From Alphaproteobacteria bacterium (lineage in GTDB: Bacteria > Pseudomonadota > Alphaproteobacteria > Rs-D84), in contig JAVBPX010000003.1 in the NCBI GenBank assembly GCA_031549365.1, positions 37,602 through 101,601 on the forward strand: a stretch of 64,000 nt of DNA, in the 5' to 3' direction. The position numbers were made by a program, and so were the translations under genes. The notes beneath the pieces were generated by a model. It was not told the DNA's origin. It saw only the letters and a program-made list of their open reading frames with translations, and did no database searches. This document shows positions 21,192 through 30,237 of the stretch, one piece after another (position 1 is the stretch's first letter; each line of letters opens with the position of its first letter).

Positions 21192-21854
21192 TCATGATTT
21201 AAATTTATCTGGCGTTGGTTTGATGTCCAAAATATCACGCACAGGCCCAAACGATTTGCGATAATGTTCATTTACGCCATATTTTTTAATTGCCGACAAA
21301 TGATCTGCCGTTGGGTATCCCTTGTTTTTCACCCAATTATATTCCGGATATTGTTCGGATAATTTCGCCATTAAACGATCGCGCGTAACCTTGGCCACAA
21401 TGGACGCAGCAGCAATTGATTTCGAAATTGCATCACCAGATACCACCGCGGATCCAAATAAATCCCGCGGCAAACGATTGCCATCAACCAAACAAAATTC
21501 AGGCGCCTGCGGCAACGCGTTCCGCGCCCGATCCATGGCGGCCATGCTGGCCCATAATATATTTAATTCATCAATTTCGGATGGGGCAGATTCCGACACG
21601 GCAATATATACCCGGCCACAATCCATTTCATTATATAAAAATTCAAATGCGGATTCTCGCGCACGTTCGGTCATTTTTTTAGAATCAGTTATAATTTTGC
21701 CCCACGATTTATCATGCCATAATTCAGACGATATCATTACGGCCGCCGCCACAACCGGCCCACACAAAGGGCCACGCCCGGCTTCGTCAATGCCGGCAAC
21801 AAATTTGTAACCAGATTCAATTTCCAGATTAAAGTGCGTTGGATTCTTTTGCAT
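21192..21854 (-). CDS. rnhB: Ribonuclease HII
   Basis: GIDEAGRGPLCGPVVAAAV, DSKK, SIAAASIVAKVTRD, KNKGYPT. Confidence 0.97.
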   Translation of the reverse strand: MQKNPTHFNLEIESGYKFVAGIDEAGRGPLCGPVVAAAVMISSELWHDKSWGKIITDSKKMTERARESAFEFLYNEMDCGRVYIAVSESAPSEIDELNILWASMAAMDRARNALPQAPEFCLVDGNRLPRDLFGSAVVSGDAISKSIAAASIVAKVTRDRLMAKLSEQYPEYNWVKNKGYPTADHLSAIKKYGVNEHYRKSFGPVRDILDIKPTPDKFKS

Positions 21855-23574
21855 TGCGTGCCGCCATATTGTCATCGGCCGCATAATATTTTGGCCATTG
21901 ACCATTTGCCAATTCAGTAATCGATGTTAATGGTTGACCCAAACGCGCACGGTAAAGCCACAAATTGGTCAATACACGCTTTGTATAATCTCGGGTTTCA
22001 CGCGCGGGATAGCTTTCGATGAATAATAACGGATCCTCGGTCGAAAAACGCTTTTCCCATTTCAATAATGTTCCGGCACCAGAATTATATGAAATCAACA
22101 TTTTTACCAAATTATTGTCGATATATGATTTATCCAATAAATCCGCGACCAATTTTTGTCCTAAAAACATGTTGTGTTCTGGCTTGGATAAATCCAAAGA
22201 ATTTAATTTAACATTATTCTTGGCGGCCATCAATTTCGCAGTCTTTGGCATTAATTGCATGATCCCTGTTGCGCCCGCCCGGGATTTTGCGTTTGCCTTG
22301 AATTGGGATTCCTGTTTTGCAATTGCAAATAATAATGCACGATCAACTTCCCATCCGTGCATTGGTTCCCAATCTGGAACTGGATATTGGGCGGCAATGA
22401 TAATGTCGCGGTCGATATCCAAAATACCCTTGTCCCGCATAACGCGTCCCATTTGCAGGGATAAACGTGGTAATTCCGCAGCCTCGGACAATGCGTGAAT
22501 TGCATTTAACAATGCATCAGACGCCGATTCGGTTACAATCAAACGCAAATGCTGTTCGGCGTATTCCGGTTTGCCAATTTGCATAAACGCCATGGCACGA
22601 ACACCGGCTGGTTGTTTCATTAATTCTTCGACGTTGCGACGCGTCATACCCGATTCGTAAAATGTGTATTCTGGTGTGCGACCCAACATTGCGGCAGATA
22701 ATGCGCCATAAAATAATTGTGGTTTTTCCGCACCAATTTCAAAATATTTGCTCGCAGCCGAATTTTTACCAGCCAATTCAGATGAACGCCCGGCCCAAAA
22801 TGCGCCTTCGATTTTTCGCGCTTGGTTAACATGGGACAATTTGGTCAATCCGTCAAAATATTCAATGGCTGTATCATATTCCCCTGACTTGAACGACATC
22901 AAACCCATGGTCCAGAGCCCATATTCCGATTTTGCATCAGCACTGATTTTTCCATATTCCGCGGCGTTATCAAAATATCCATCGGCATAATAAACAAAAG
23001 CCAATCGACCGCACAAACGACCGTAATCTTCGGCGCTCAGATTTTTTTTGAAATTTTTATCCGCCAACAAATCCCGCGCATTTTTAGTTTTACCATGACG
23101 CAACGCATTTTGGAATTTTTTAATATTTTGTCCTGTTGCGCCCGAATATGTTTTTTTGGTCCAGCTTTCTGATTCTGCCCATTCCGATTCGCGACCATTA
23201 ATTAATCCAGATGTTGATTTTGGTGCCCGGGTTGCATTTTTTGCATTTGCCCCACCCTTTTTCAATGCCATTTTATAAATGTTTGTGGCACCAGGGGCAT
23301 AACTATATTCATGCATCCAGTCCGCCAATTCACGATAAGTCGATGTATAGCCCCGCGCCATATAACGTTCATATAATACGGCCGACATTAAAATTGGATC
23401 TTCGATTTCACGATCCAATTTTTTTGCCTCGGCAAATTTGCCAGCGTTCTGTAATTTAAAAATTTCAACATATCTATTGGCGTCGTCATCGGACAAAATT
23501 ATCGGCAAATCATTCGCAGCAAACGACGTAATCGGCAATAACGCCAAGAACAACATTACGATTATTTTTTTCAT
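21829..23574 (-). CDS. slt: Soluble lytic murein transglycosylase
   Basis: Signal peptide MKKIIVMLF..., TPR-like helices, AIAKQESQF...SRAGATGIMQLMPKTA, SYNSG, ETRDYTKRV. Confidence 0.9.
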   Translation of the reverse strand: MKKIIVMLFLALLPITSFAANDLPIILSDDDANRYVEIFKLQNAGKFAEAKKLDREIEDPILMSAVLYERYMARGYTSTYRELADWMHEYSYAPGATNIYKMALKKGGANAKNATRAPKSTSGLINGRESEWAESESWTKKTYSGATGQNIKKFQNALRHGKTKNARDLLADKNFKKNLSAEDYGRLCGRLAFVYYADGYFDNAAEYGKISADAKSEYGLWTMGLMSFKSGEYDTAIEYFDGLTKLSHVNQARKIEGAFWAGRSSELAGKNSAASKYFEIGAEKPQLFYGALSAAMLGRTPEYTFYESGMTRRNVEELMKQPAGVRAMAFMQIGKPEYAEQHLRLIVTESASDALLNAIHALSEAAELPRLSLQMGRVMRDKGILDIDRDIIIAAQYPVPDWEPMHGWEVDRALLFAIAKQESQFKANAKSRAGATGIMQLMPKTAKLMAAKNNVKLNSLDLSKPEHNMFLGQKLVADLLDKSYIDNNLVKMLISYNSGAGTLLKWEKRFSTEDPLLFIESYPARETRDYTKRVLTNLWLYRARLGQPLTSITELANGQWPKYYAADDNMAARNAKESNAL

Positions 23575-23575
23575 T

Positions 23576-24094
23576 TTAAAACAAGCCCCTCTGCCCGCCG
23601 ACCTTGCGTCGTGGCAATTCACATATGTCGGCCCCTTCGTCAGCCTCGGGAATTTGGGCAATAATCTTTTTAAAATCTGCCACTCGTTGGAATTTTTTAT
23701 AAACGGATACAAAACGAACAAACGCAATCGGATCCAACATTAATAATGATTCGGATACCATATCGCCAATTGATTCGGATGTGATGAAATCGTCCCCTGC
23801 ATCAGTTTCCAAACGACGTTGAATTGATGTAACAATTTTGTCGATTTGCGATTCAGTAACATCACGTTTACGACAAGCCAATCGGATTGAACGTTCGACC
23901 TTGTCCCGATTGAATGCTTCGACCTGACCGTTGGTTTTACGGACCGATAATTCGCGCAATTGAATTCTTTCGAATGTTGTAAATCTGGCCCCACATGCAT
24001 TGCACACGCGGCGGCGACGAATTGTTGCGTCGTCGTCAGATGGTCTGGAATCTTTGACCTGGGAATCACAGGTCGAACAATAAGGGCATCGCAT
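23576..24094 (-). CDS. nrdR: Transcriptional repressor NrdR
   Basis: MRCPYC...VKDSRP...IRRRRVC..CGARFTTFER, ATP cone, AFVRFVSVY. Confidence 0.98.
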   Translation of the reverse strand: MRCPYCSTCDSQVKDSRPSDDDATIRRRRVCNACGARFTTFERIQLRELSVRKTNGQVEAFNRDKVERSIRLACRKRDVTESQIDKIVTSIQRRLETDAGDDFITSESIGDMVSESLLMLDPIAFVRFVSVYKKFQRVADFKKIIAQIPEADEGADICELPRRKVGGQRGLF

Positions 24095-24243
24095 AATTTA
24101 TTACCAATATTTCTGTTTTATACATGTATTTAAGCCCAAAACATACCCCTGGGTCAAGATAATAATCAAAATCCTTGATTTCGGCGTTATCGTATGGCAC
24201 AATCAATTTCGTTCAAAATACAGCAAAATACAAAGGATTTATT

Positions 24244-25605
24244 ATGCCAGCCTCATCAATGGAAGATTTAATTTCACTATGCAAACGTCGCGGATTTGTG
24301 TTTCCGGGCTCGGAAATTTATGGCGGGTTAAAGGGATTTTACGATTACGGTCCACTGGGCGTTGAATTACGCATGAATTTGCGCAAATTATGGTGGTCAT
24401 CCATGGTATATCAACGCGATGATGTCGAGGGGCTAGAGGCAGCATTAATTAACAACCGTACAATGTGGAAATATTCGGGGCATGAAGACGGTTTTTCAGA
24501 TCCATTGGTCGAATGCAAAAAATGTCATCAACGTATGCGCCAAGATACAATGACGGACCAAACAAAATGCGAATATTGTGGATCACATGATTTGACCGAA
24601 CCGCGTTCATATTTATTAATGATGAAGGTTGGCGTTGGCCCGATTGTTGATGAATCATCGTATGCTTATTTGCGTCCTGAAACCGCGACAACAACATATG
24701 TTAATTTTAAAAATGTTTTGGATTCAACATCGCGCAAAATTCCATTTGGAATTGCACAAATGGGCAAAGCGTTTCGAAATGAAATCACGCCACGAAATTT
24801 CGTATTCCGTATGCGCGAATTCGAACAAATGGAAATGCAATTTTTTGTTAATCCATCGACTGATGATTCTTGGTTTGAAACATGGCAAAAAAATCGCATG
24901 AATTGGTGGTTGTCTTTGGGCATTCCTGCCGACAAATTGCGTTTTAAACCACACGAAAAATTGGCCCATTATGCCAAGGCCGCAACGGATATCGAATATC
25001 AATTTGCACATGGTTTTGACGAAGTCGAAGGCATTCACAATCGCCAAGATTTCGATTTAGGATCGCACACCAAAAATCAATCCGAATTTAAAATCAATGC
25101 GAATGTTATGAAAAACACTGATTCAAACACTAAACTGAATTATGTCGATCCACAGAATGGTGAAAACTTTATTCCATATGTAATTGAAACCGCGATGGGA
25201 TTGGACCGCGCAATGATTGCCGTTTTGGATAATGCATATACTGTTGAAAATTTGGAAAATGATAATACGCGTATTGTTTTAAAAATGCATCCGCGTTTGT
25301 CCCCGATCAAGGCCGCAGTTATTCCATTGGCGCGTAATGTTCCAGAATTGATGGATGTAACGCGTGAAATTCATTCAACATTACAAAAAATGGACATTGG
25401 TCGTTTTGTTATCGAAAATTCCGGCAACATTGGAAAAAATTATCGCCGTCATGATGAAATTGGAACACCTGTATGCATCACAGTTGATCACCAATCATTG
25501 GATGACAAAATGGTAACATTGCGTCATCGTGACAATATGCAACAGGAACGCATCGCAATCGCCGATGTTCCGGCACGCATTCGTTCAATAATAATGGGCG
25601 AATAA
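24244..25605 (+). CDS. glyQS: Glycine--tRNA ligase, single-subunit (alpha2) type
   Basis: LCKRRGFVFPGSEIYGG, YLRPETA, GKAFRNEITPRNFVFRMREFEQMEMQFF, IGKNYRRHDEIGTP. Confidence 0.96.
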   Translation: MPASSMEDLISLCKRRGFVFPGSEIYGGLKGFYDYGPLGVELRMNLRKLWWSSMVYQRDDVEGLEAALINNRTMWKYSGHEDGFSDPLVECKKCHQRMRQDTMTDQTKCEYCGSHDLTEPRSYLLMMKVGVGPIVDESSYAYLRPETATTTYVNFKNVLDSTSRKIPFGIAQMGKAFRNEITPRNFVFRMREFEQMEMQFFVNPSTDDSWFETWQKNRMNWWLSLGIPADKLRFKPHEKLAHYAKAATDIEYQFAHGFDEVEGIHNRQDFDLGSHTKNQSEFKINANVMKNTDSNTKLNYVDPQNGENFIPYVIETAMGLDRAMIAVLDNAYTVENLENDNTRIVLKMHPRLSPIKAAVIPLARNVPELMDVTREIHSTLQKMDIGRFVIENSGNIGKNYRRHDEIGTPVCITVDHQSLDDKMVTLRHRDNMQQERIAIADVPARIRSIIMGE

Positions 25606-25621
25606 AACCGTTGGGGGAATC

Positions 25622-26101
25622 ATGAAATACAAATATAAATTGGCGTTATTGGGCGCTGTATTCTGTGGTTTGTTTTTGTGGGGATATTTATCGTTTCAAC
25701 AACATACTATTCGCAAATCAAACCGTCGCGATTATAATTTGATTTTGGTATTTTCAACGGTTGACGGAATATTCCCGGGATCCGACGTTATGATTGCGGG
25801 CGTTCCAGTTGGAACTGTTACGTCAACATCGTTGGATGAAAACCAAGCAATCGTTAACGTATCAATTTCAAAAAAATATAAATTGCCTGCTGATTCATCG
25901 GCATCAATTTATACGGACGGATTATTGGGCCGATCATATGTGAATATTAATCCGGGTTCGGACGATGAAATGTTACAACCCGGCGACATAATCGAAATGA
26001 CCCAGGGAACATTACCAATAACCGATATGGTTGGAATTGTTTTGAACAAATTCATTGACCAAGACAAAGCCAAAGCGGCAAAACCAAATGTCGCTGAATA
26101 A
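25622..26101 (+). CDS. mlaD: MlaD/MCE family protein
   Basis: N-terminal TM, FSTVDGI.PGSDVMIAGVPVG.V, SASIYTDGLLGRSYVNINPG. Confidence 0.9.
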   Translation: MKYKYKLALLGAVFCGLFLWGYLSFQQHTIRKSNRRDYNLILVFSTVDGIFPGSDVMIAGVPVGTVTSTSLDENQAIVNVSISKKYKLPADSSASIYTDGLLGRSYVNINPGSDDEMLQPGDIIEMTQGTLPITDMVGIVLNKFIDQDKAKAAKPNVAE

Positions 26102-26969
26102 TAAAAATAATTCGGAATTTATTCGTTTAATAAACAAATTAAAACCGTTTCGCGCGCATGTTTCCGCATGCATTATAAATTTAGAAACCGATGAACATTT
26201 TGAATATAATCCAAATGAATTAATTTATCCGGCCAGCACATATAAAATTTTCATAGGGGCCGAAGTACTGCGTCAGGCAGAAGCCAAAAAATTTTCATTA
26301 CATGATAAAATTACAATAAAATCACCAAACGATATTGATGACGAATCTCGTTTTTATCCAACGGATATATTCCCTGTATTGCAAGCGGGCGATGTGGTTG
26401 ATATTGAAACATTGTTAAAAATGATGTTACAGCGCAGTGATAACACCGCTTCGAATTGTTTGATTGATTTGGTTGGGCGTGAATCAATATCCAAAAATAT
26501 CATTCATAAAAATGGATGGGATGGCAGCGACGTTACACGAAAATTTTTAAATCGAATACACGAACATAAAAAATATCGTTATGCCGACATTACCCGCACA
26601 TGCGGATTACATTTGGCCAAATTTATGAAAAAATTGGATTCCGAGGAATTAATCAGCCCAAATGTATCAAAAAAATTATTTGAATATATGGCGCATGATC
26701 GCGATTCTTTGGATACACGTTTACCACATCGTGCCGCTGACAATTGGTTAACCGGGACCGTTCGGGAAAAAGGCGGTTGGATCCAAGCATTCAGTCCTAA
26801 ATTTCCACGTATAATTCGTCGAAAATATTATATTCGTTATCAATCCCAGGCGGCAATTGTTGAAACAAAACATGGGAAATTCGCAATCGGCATTGTATCC
26901 AAATACAATACGATTTTTCCAAATCGATATTTTAAATTTTCAAAAATAACAGAATGGCTGGATAAATAA
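26088..26969 (+). CDS. Class A beta-lactamase-like serine hydrolase
   Basis: PASTYK (SxxK), SDN, EKGG in place of KTG; no signal peptide. Confidence 0.8.
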   Translation: MSLNNKNNSEFIRLINKLKPFRAHVSACIINLETDEHFEYNPNELIYPASTYKIFIGAEVLRQAEAKKFSLHDKITIKSPNDIDDESRFYPTDIFPVLQAGDVVDIETLLKMMLQRSDNTASNCLIDLVGRESISKNIIHKNGWDGSDVTRKFLNRIHEHKKYRYADITRTCGLHLAKFMKKLDSEELISPNVSKKLFEYMAHDRDSLDTRLPHRAADNWLTGTVREKGGWIQAFSPKFPRIIRRKYYIRYQSQAAIVETKHGKFAIGIVSKYNTIFPNRYFKFSKITEWLDK

Positions 26970-26994
26970 AAACTCCCAAATGGGAGTTTTTATT

Positions 26995-27951
26995 TTAAAT
27001 CCTGGGTGATACGCGGATATAACTGCCCATATCTGTGACGGAATATCCAAATGCGCGCAATGCGTTTTCAAATCCACGACGTTGATCAATATTTACGCCC
27101 ATACGTGCGGTTGCGGCGGATATTGTTTGGGTTGTTGGATGAATATTGTTATCAGTTTCGATTTTTTGAATTTGCCCGCGTAATGTCGCCCATGAACGCA
27201 ATCCCGACGGTAAATCAAACAAAAATATGGCTTGATCCACGATAACCATTGTTTGACCCAAATGTTCCGTGATCCAAAAATCATTAATCAAACGAACGAT
27301 TGCGGTGGCCACGGCCGCCGAACCGTAACCCAAAATTGTTGTTTCGCGGGATTCGCGCGATTCAACATTCATAACTCGGATTTTTGTATTTTCACCCATT
27401 TTTGTAATTTGTGCTGTATAAACCAAAGTTTCGTCTGCAACATATTTATCGCCAACCGATATCAACATTTTCGATGAATCCATCCCACGAATAATATTCA
27501 TAGTGTTTGATTTCATTGTCGAATTATCCGCGAATTGATCCACAGACAACATTTGAATATATGCTGGCTTTTTCGATTTTATCATTGTATATGGAACATC
27601 ATTTTTACGCATCCAATTAATCATGGATTCTCGGGCCACTGTCATAGTAACGTCCGCAACATAAGATGTTTGTGATTGTTTTTCATTATCAATATTTGTC
27701 GCGCCAACCAATGCTGCGATATCCGAATTTGAAAGCGATGGCAACAATTCATTTAATTTTTTTGAATCCCCAAAACGATAAAATATGGTTGATACAATAT
27801 CGCGGCGCGCTTCGTCCATCCCCTTGTTTTTCGCAGTTGTCGCAGAATCATCGCGTTTATCAATATGGCGAGATTCAACAAACATAGGATCGGCCGCAAT
27901 CGCAGTCCCAATAAATAACAATGCAAACAAAGATAAAAACAATTTTTTCAT
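26995..27951 (-). CDS. Exported protein, DUF2066-like N-terminus
   Basis: Signal peptide; SATTAKNKGMDEARR...NEKQSQTSYVADVTMT pattern. Confidence 0.6.
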   Translation of the reverse strand: MKKLFLSLFALLFIGTAIAADPMFVESRHIDKRDDSATTAKNKGMDEARRDIVSTIFYRFGDSKKLNELLPSLSNSDIAALVGATNIDNEKQSQTSYVADVTMTVARESMINWMRKNDVPYTMIKSKKPAYIQMLSVDQFADNSTMKSNTMNIIRGMDSSKMLISVGDKYVADETLVYTAQITKMGENTKIRVMNVESRESRETTILGYGSAAVATAIVRLINDFWITEHLGQTMVIVDQAIFLFDLPSGLRSWATLRGQIQKIETDNNIHPTTQTISAATARMGVNIDQRRGFENALRAFGYSVTDMGSYIRVSPRI

Positions 27952-28062
27952 ATTTCCCCCGAATTTATGTATCCACCCTATTCTATAATACGCGCGATCG
28001 TTTTTCCAGGGGAAAATAAATAACATCAAAAAATCCCGAATATTACATGGGGATTTTAAATT

Positions 28063-29424
28063 TTAAAACTTGGAAACAATTCCGACGCGTGCGCCAATTT
28101 GTTTATAACGAGCGTCAATTTCCTTGGACGTTTTGCATGAACCATTTGCGCCACATGTTTGTTCGATGTAATCAACGTCGGCCTGGGTAATGCGGCTGTC
28201 TGGATTATTGGCCTGATCCTGATACCATGACAAATCATAATTTGTGGTCGCATCACCGCCGGATAAAATATAATAATCATATACAACGCCCAATACCAAA
28301 TCCAATTTTGGTGTAATGCGTCCAACATAATTCATTGCGGCGCCAATGTGATATGCTTGGCCGATGCTGCCCTCGTCCTTGAAAGATGTCGGGTGTTGTA
28401 AATCCCCGCGATCTGGCCAATTGGCTGTTGCTGAATAAATTGGCAAACCAAATTCCAGACGCCAATTGATTGCGTTCGCAGCATTTATATGATTATCAAT
28501 ATCCATTGCAACGAATGGGCCTGCCCATGTTGCCTTGTACTTGTGCGTTGTGCCGGATAACATGTCATAAAAGCTGTCCAAAGGAGTTCCGCCCGTACCA
28601 TTTGATGGGACGTAACCATCAATAAAACCGTCTCCATTGTTATCAACCGGGGTCCATGGCACTATACCCCATATAGTCTTACCATCTGCTGTCCCTGACG
28701 CCACGTACAATACAGGATTCCCATTGCTGTCTACTTCAATAAACACCGCGCGTGAATCTTCGACCTTTAATTCTTGGGTTATTGAACGGTAACCAATCGA
28801 CGGCGTAAATGTTACGTTGCCCGCAGACCACATATCTTTTAACCCGAATGCAACATGATATCCCATCATGGATCCATCCTGACCACCGACACTGAATGCC
28901 TTTAATGATTTTGGGTATTCACTTATAAGCCCGCCACCAGTCCCAGAATTTACAACATCAAACAAAGTTGTATCAATTCCGCCATTATAAACGTCGTCGT
29001 CAATCGCGCGCCCGGAATCCATCATGATTCCATATACAAATCCGAAATCAATCATCCCTGCGATTTTATTAATCGGTTTCATGATGTATCCACCGTTTAA
29101 TGATAATGTGGTCCAGGTTGTGTTGCTCCATGATAAAATTGATTTTGCTGAATTCATTTCAAATTCAAAATCGGACCAAGCCATCCCAATATTTCCGCCC
29201 AAATAAAACCCGGATGGCGTTTGATATCTATCGGATGGAATTGTTGCAACCGGCGCAGTGCGCGCAGCAACAGTAACAACACGTGGTTGTTCGTAATAAT
29301 CTGGCGCCTTGGTCGATGTTGTATTTGTTCGACCGCCGCCGTATTGTTGAAAATAATCAATATCATCGGCAAGCACAGGTGTTGCCAACATTAATATAAA
29401 TAACGATGATAAAATTTTACGCAT
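28063..29424 (-). CDS. Outer-membrane beta-barrel protein (omptin/Pom-like)
   Basis: Signal peptide, amphipathic beta strands, YKATWAGPF and ANWPDR.DLQHPTSF motifs, C-terminal Phe (VGIVSKF). Confidence 0.75.
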   Translation of the reverse strand: MRKILSSLFILMLATPVLADDIDYFQQYGGGRTNTTSTKAPDYYEQPRVVTVAARTAPVATIPSDRYQTPSGFYLGGNIGMAWSDFEFEMNSAKSILSWSNTTWTTLSLNGGYIMKPINKIAGMIDFGFVYGIMMDSGRAIDDDVYNGGIDTTLFDVVNSGTGGGLISEYPKSLKAFSVGGQDGSMMGYHVAFGLKDMWSAGNVTFTPSIGYRSITQELKVEDSRAVFIEVDSNGNPVLYVASGTADGKTIWGIVPWTPVDNNGDGFIDGYVPSNGTGGTPLDSFYDMLSGTTHKYKATWAGPFVAMDIDNHINAANAINWRLEFGLPIYSATANWPDRGDLQHPTSFKDEGSIGQAYHIGAAMNYVGRITPKLDLVLGVVYDYYILSGGDATTNYDLSWYQDQANNPDSRITQADVDYIEQTCGANGSCKTSKEIDARYKQIGARVGIVSKF

Positions 29425-29537
29425 ATTAAATACTCCGTACATTCGTATATATGGGCATTATAGCGTATTTGAAAATTTCAGGCAATCGGAAAATGATTAA
29501 ATATATTTTTATGCTTTGGCTTATTTATGCACGAATT

Positions 29538-29852
29538 TTATTTTTTAATAATTTCGGTCCTGGACCCACAGATATCCCATGCTTCATCTTCCAGTTTTTT
29601 AATTTGTTTTAACAGCGTTGAAATTTCTTTTAATTTTTCTGCGTACCGAACGCGGCCGCGTGCCAGGTCTAAACGATATTGGTTTTCGAGATAATCGGCC
29701 ATGGCATTAAAAAATTCCGAACGCGCCCCATGCGTCATTGCGCCAATATCATCGGCCAGATTGGATAATGATCCATTATAATTTTCGCAATAATTTTTAT
29801 GAGCACATTTTTTGTCCACGATATGTCCTTTCAGGCTGTTGCACTTGGTCAT
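29538..29852 (-). CDS. Small helical hypothetical protein
   Basis: 104-aa ORF (LADDIG...DLARGRVRYAEKL); start overlaps a palindrome. Confidence 0.6.
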   Translation of the reverse strand: MTKCNSLKGHIVDKKCAHKNYCENYNGSLSNLADDIGAMTHGARSEFFNAMADYLENQYRLDLARGRVRYAEKLKEISTLLKQIKKLEDEAWDICGSRTEIIKK

Positions 29853-29875
29853 CGCGAACGTAGTGTGGCGATGAC
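29848..29875. repeat. Solo palindromic repeat related to the GIY-YIG flanks
   Basis: GTCATCGC-gaacgtagtgtg-GCGATGAC hairpin; reverse strand ATCGCCAC...TCGCGATGAC resembles ATTGCCAC...TCGCAATGAC at 43849-43880. Confidence 0.55.
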
Positions 29876-29921
29876 AATTAAATAATTCTGAATGTTACTA
29901 TAAATGATTATCCTAGACGGA

Positions 29922-30008
29922 TGGTGCGGGTAACTGGACTTGAACCAGCACGATCGCAATGATCAAAGGATTTTAAGTCCTCAGCGTCTACCATTCCGCC
30001 ATACCCGC
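29922..30008 (-). tRNA. tRNA-Leu(TAA)
   Basis: GCGGGTATGGCGGAATGGTAGACGC...GAGGA-CT-TAA-AA-TCCTT, long variable arm, GGTTCAAGTCC, CCA. Confidence 0.96.
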
Positions 30009-30031
30009 ATATTAACAAAATAAATTCCAAG

Positions 30032-30116
30032 TGGTGCGGTCAAGAAGACTCGAACTTCCATGGATTTCTCCACAGCCACCTCAAGGCTGCGCGTCTACCA
30101 ATTTCGCCATGACCGC
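30032..30116 (-). tRNA. tRNA-Leu(GAG)
   Basis: GCGGTCATGGCGAAATTGGTAGACGC...CAGCC-TT-GAG-GT-GGCTG, long variable arm, CCA. Confidence 0.96.
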
Positions 30117-30192
30117 AGTAAACGCAATAATAATGCCTTTTGTTCCAATTTTCAAGTGTTTTATTCAAAAATCCGGATTTTTTTAATTATTA

Positions 30193-30219
30193 AAAAACGC
30201 CCCGGTTCGGGGCGTTTTT
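30193..30219. terminator. Intrinsic terminator
   Basis: AAAAACGCCCCG-gtt-CGGGGCGTTTTT downstream of the 692-aa gene. Confidence 0.8.
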
Positions 30220-30237
30220 GTTTTGGCTTTAAACCTG

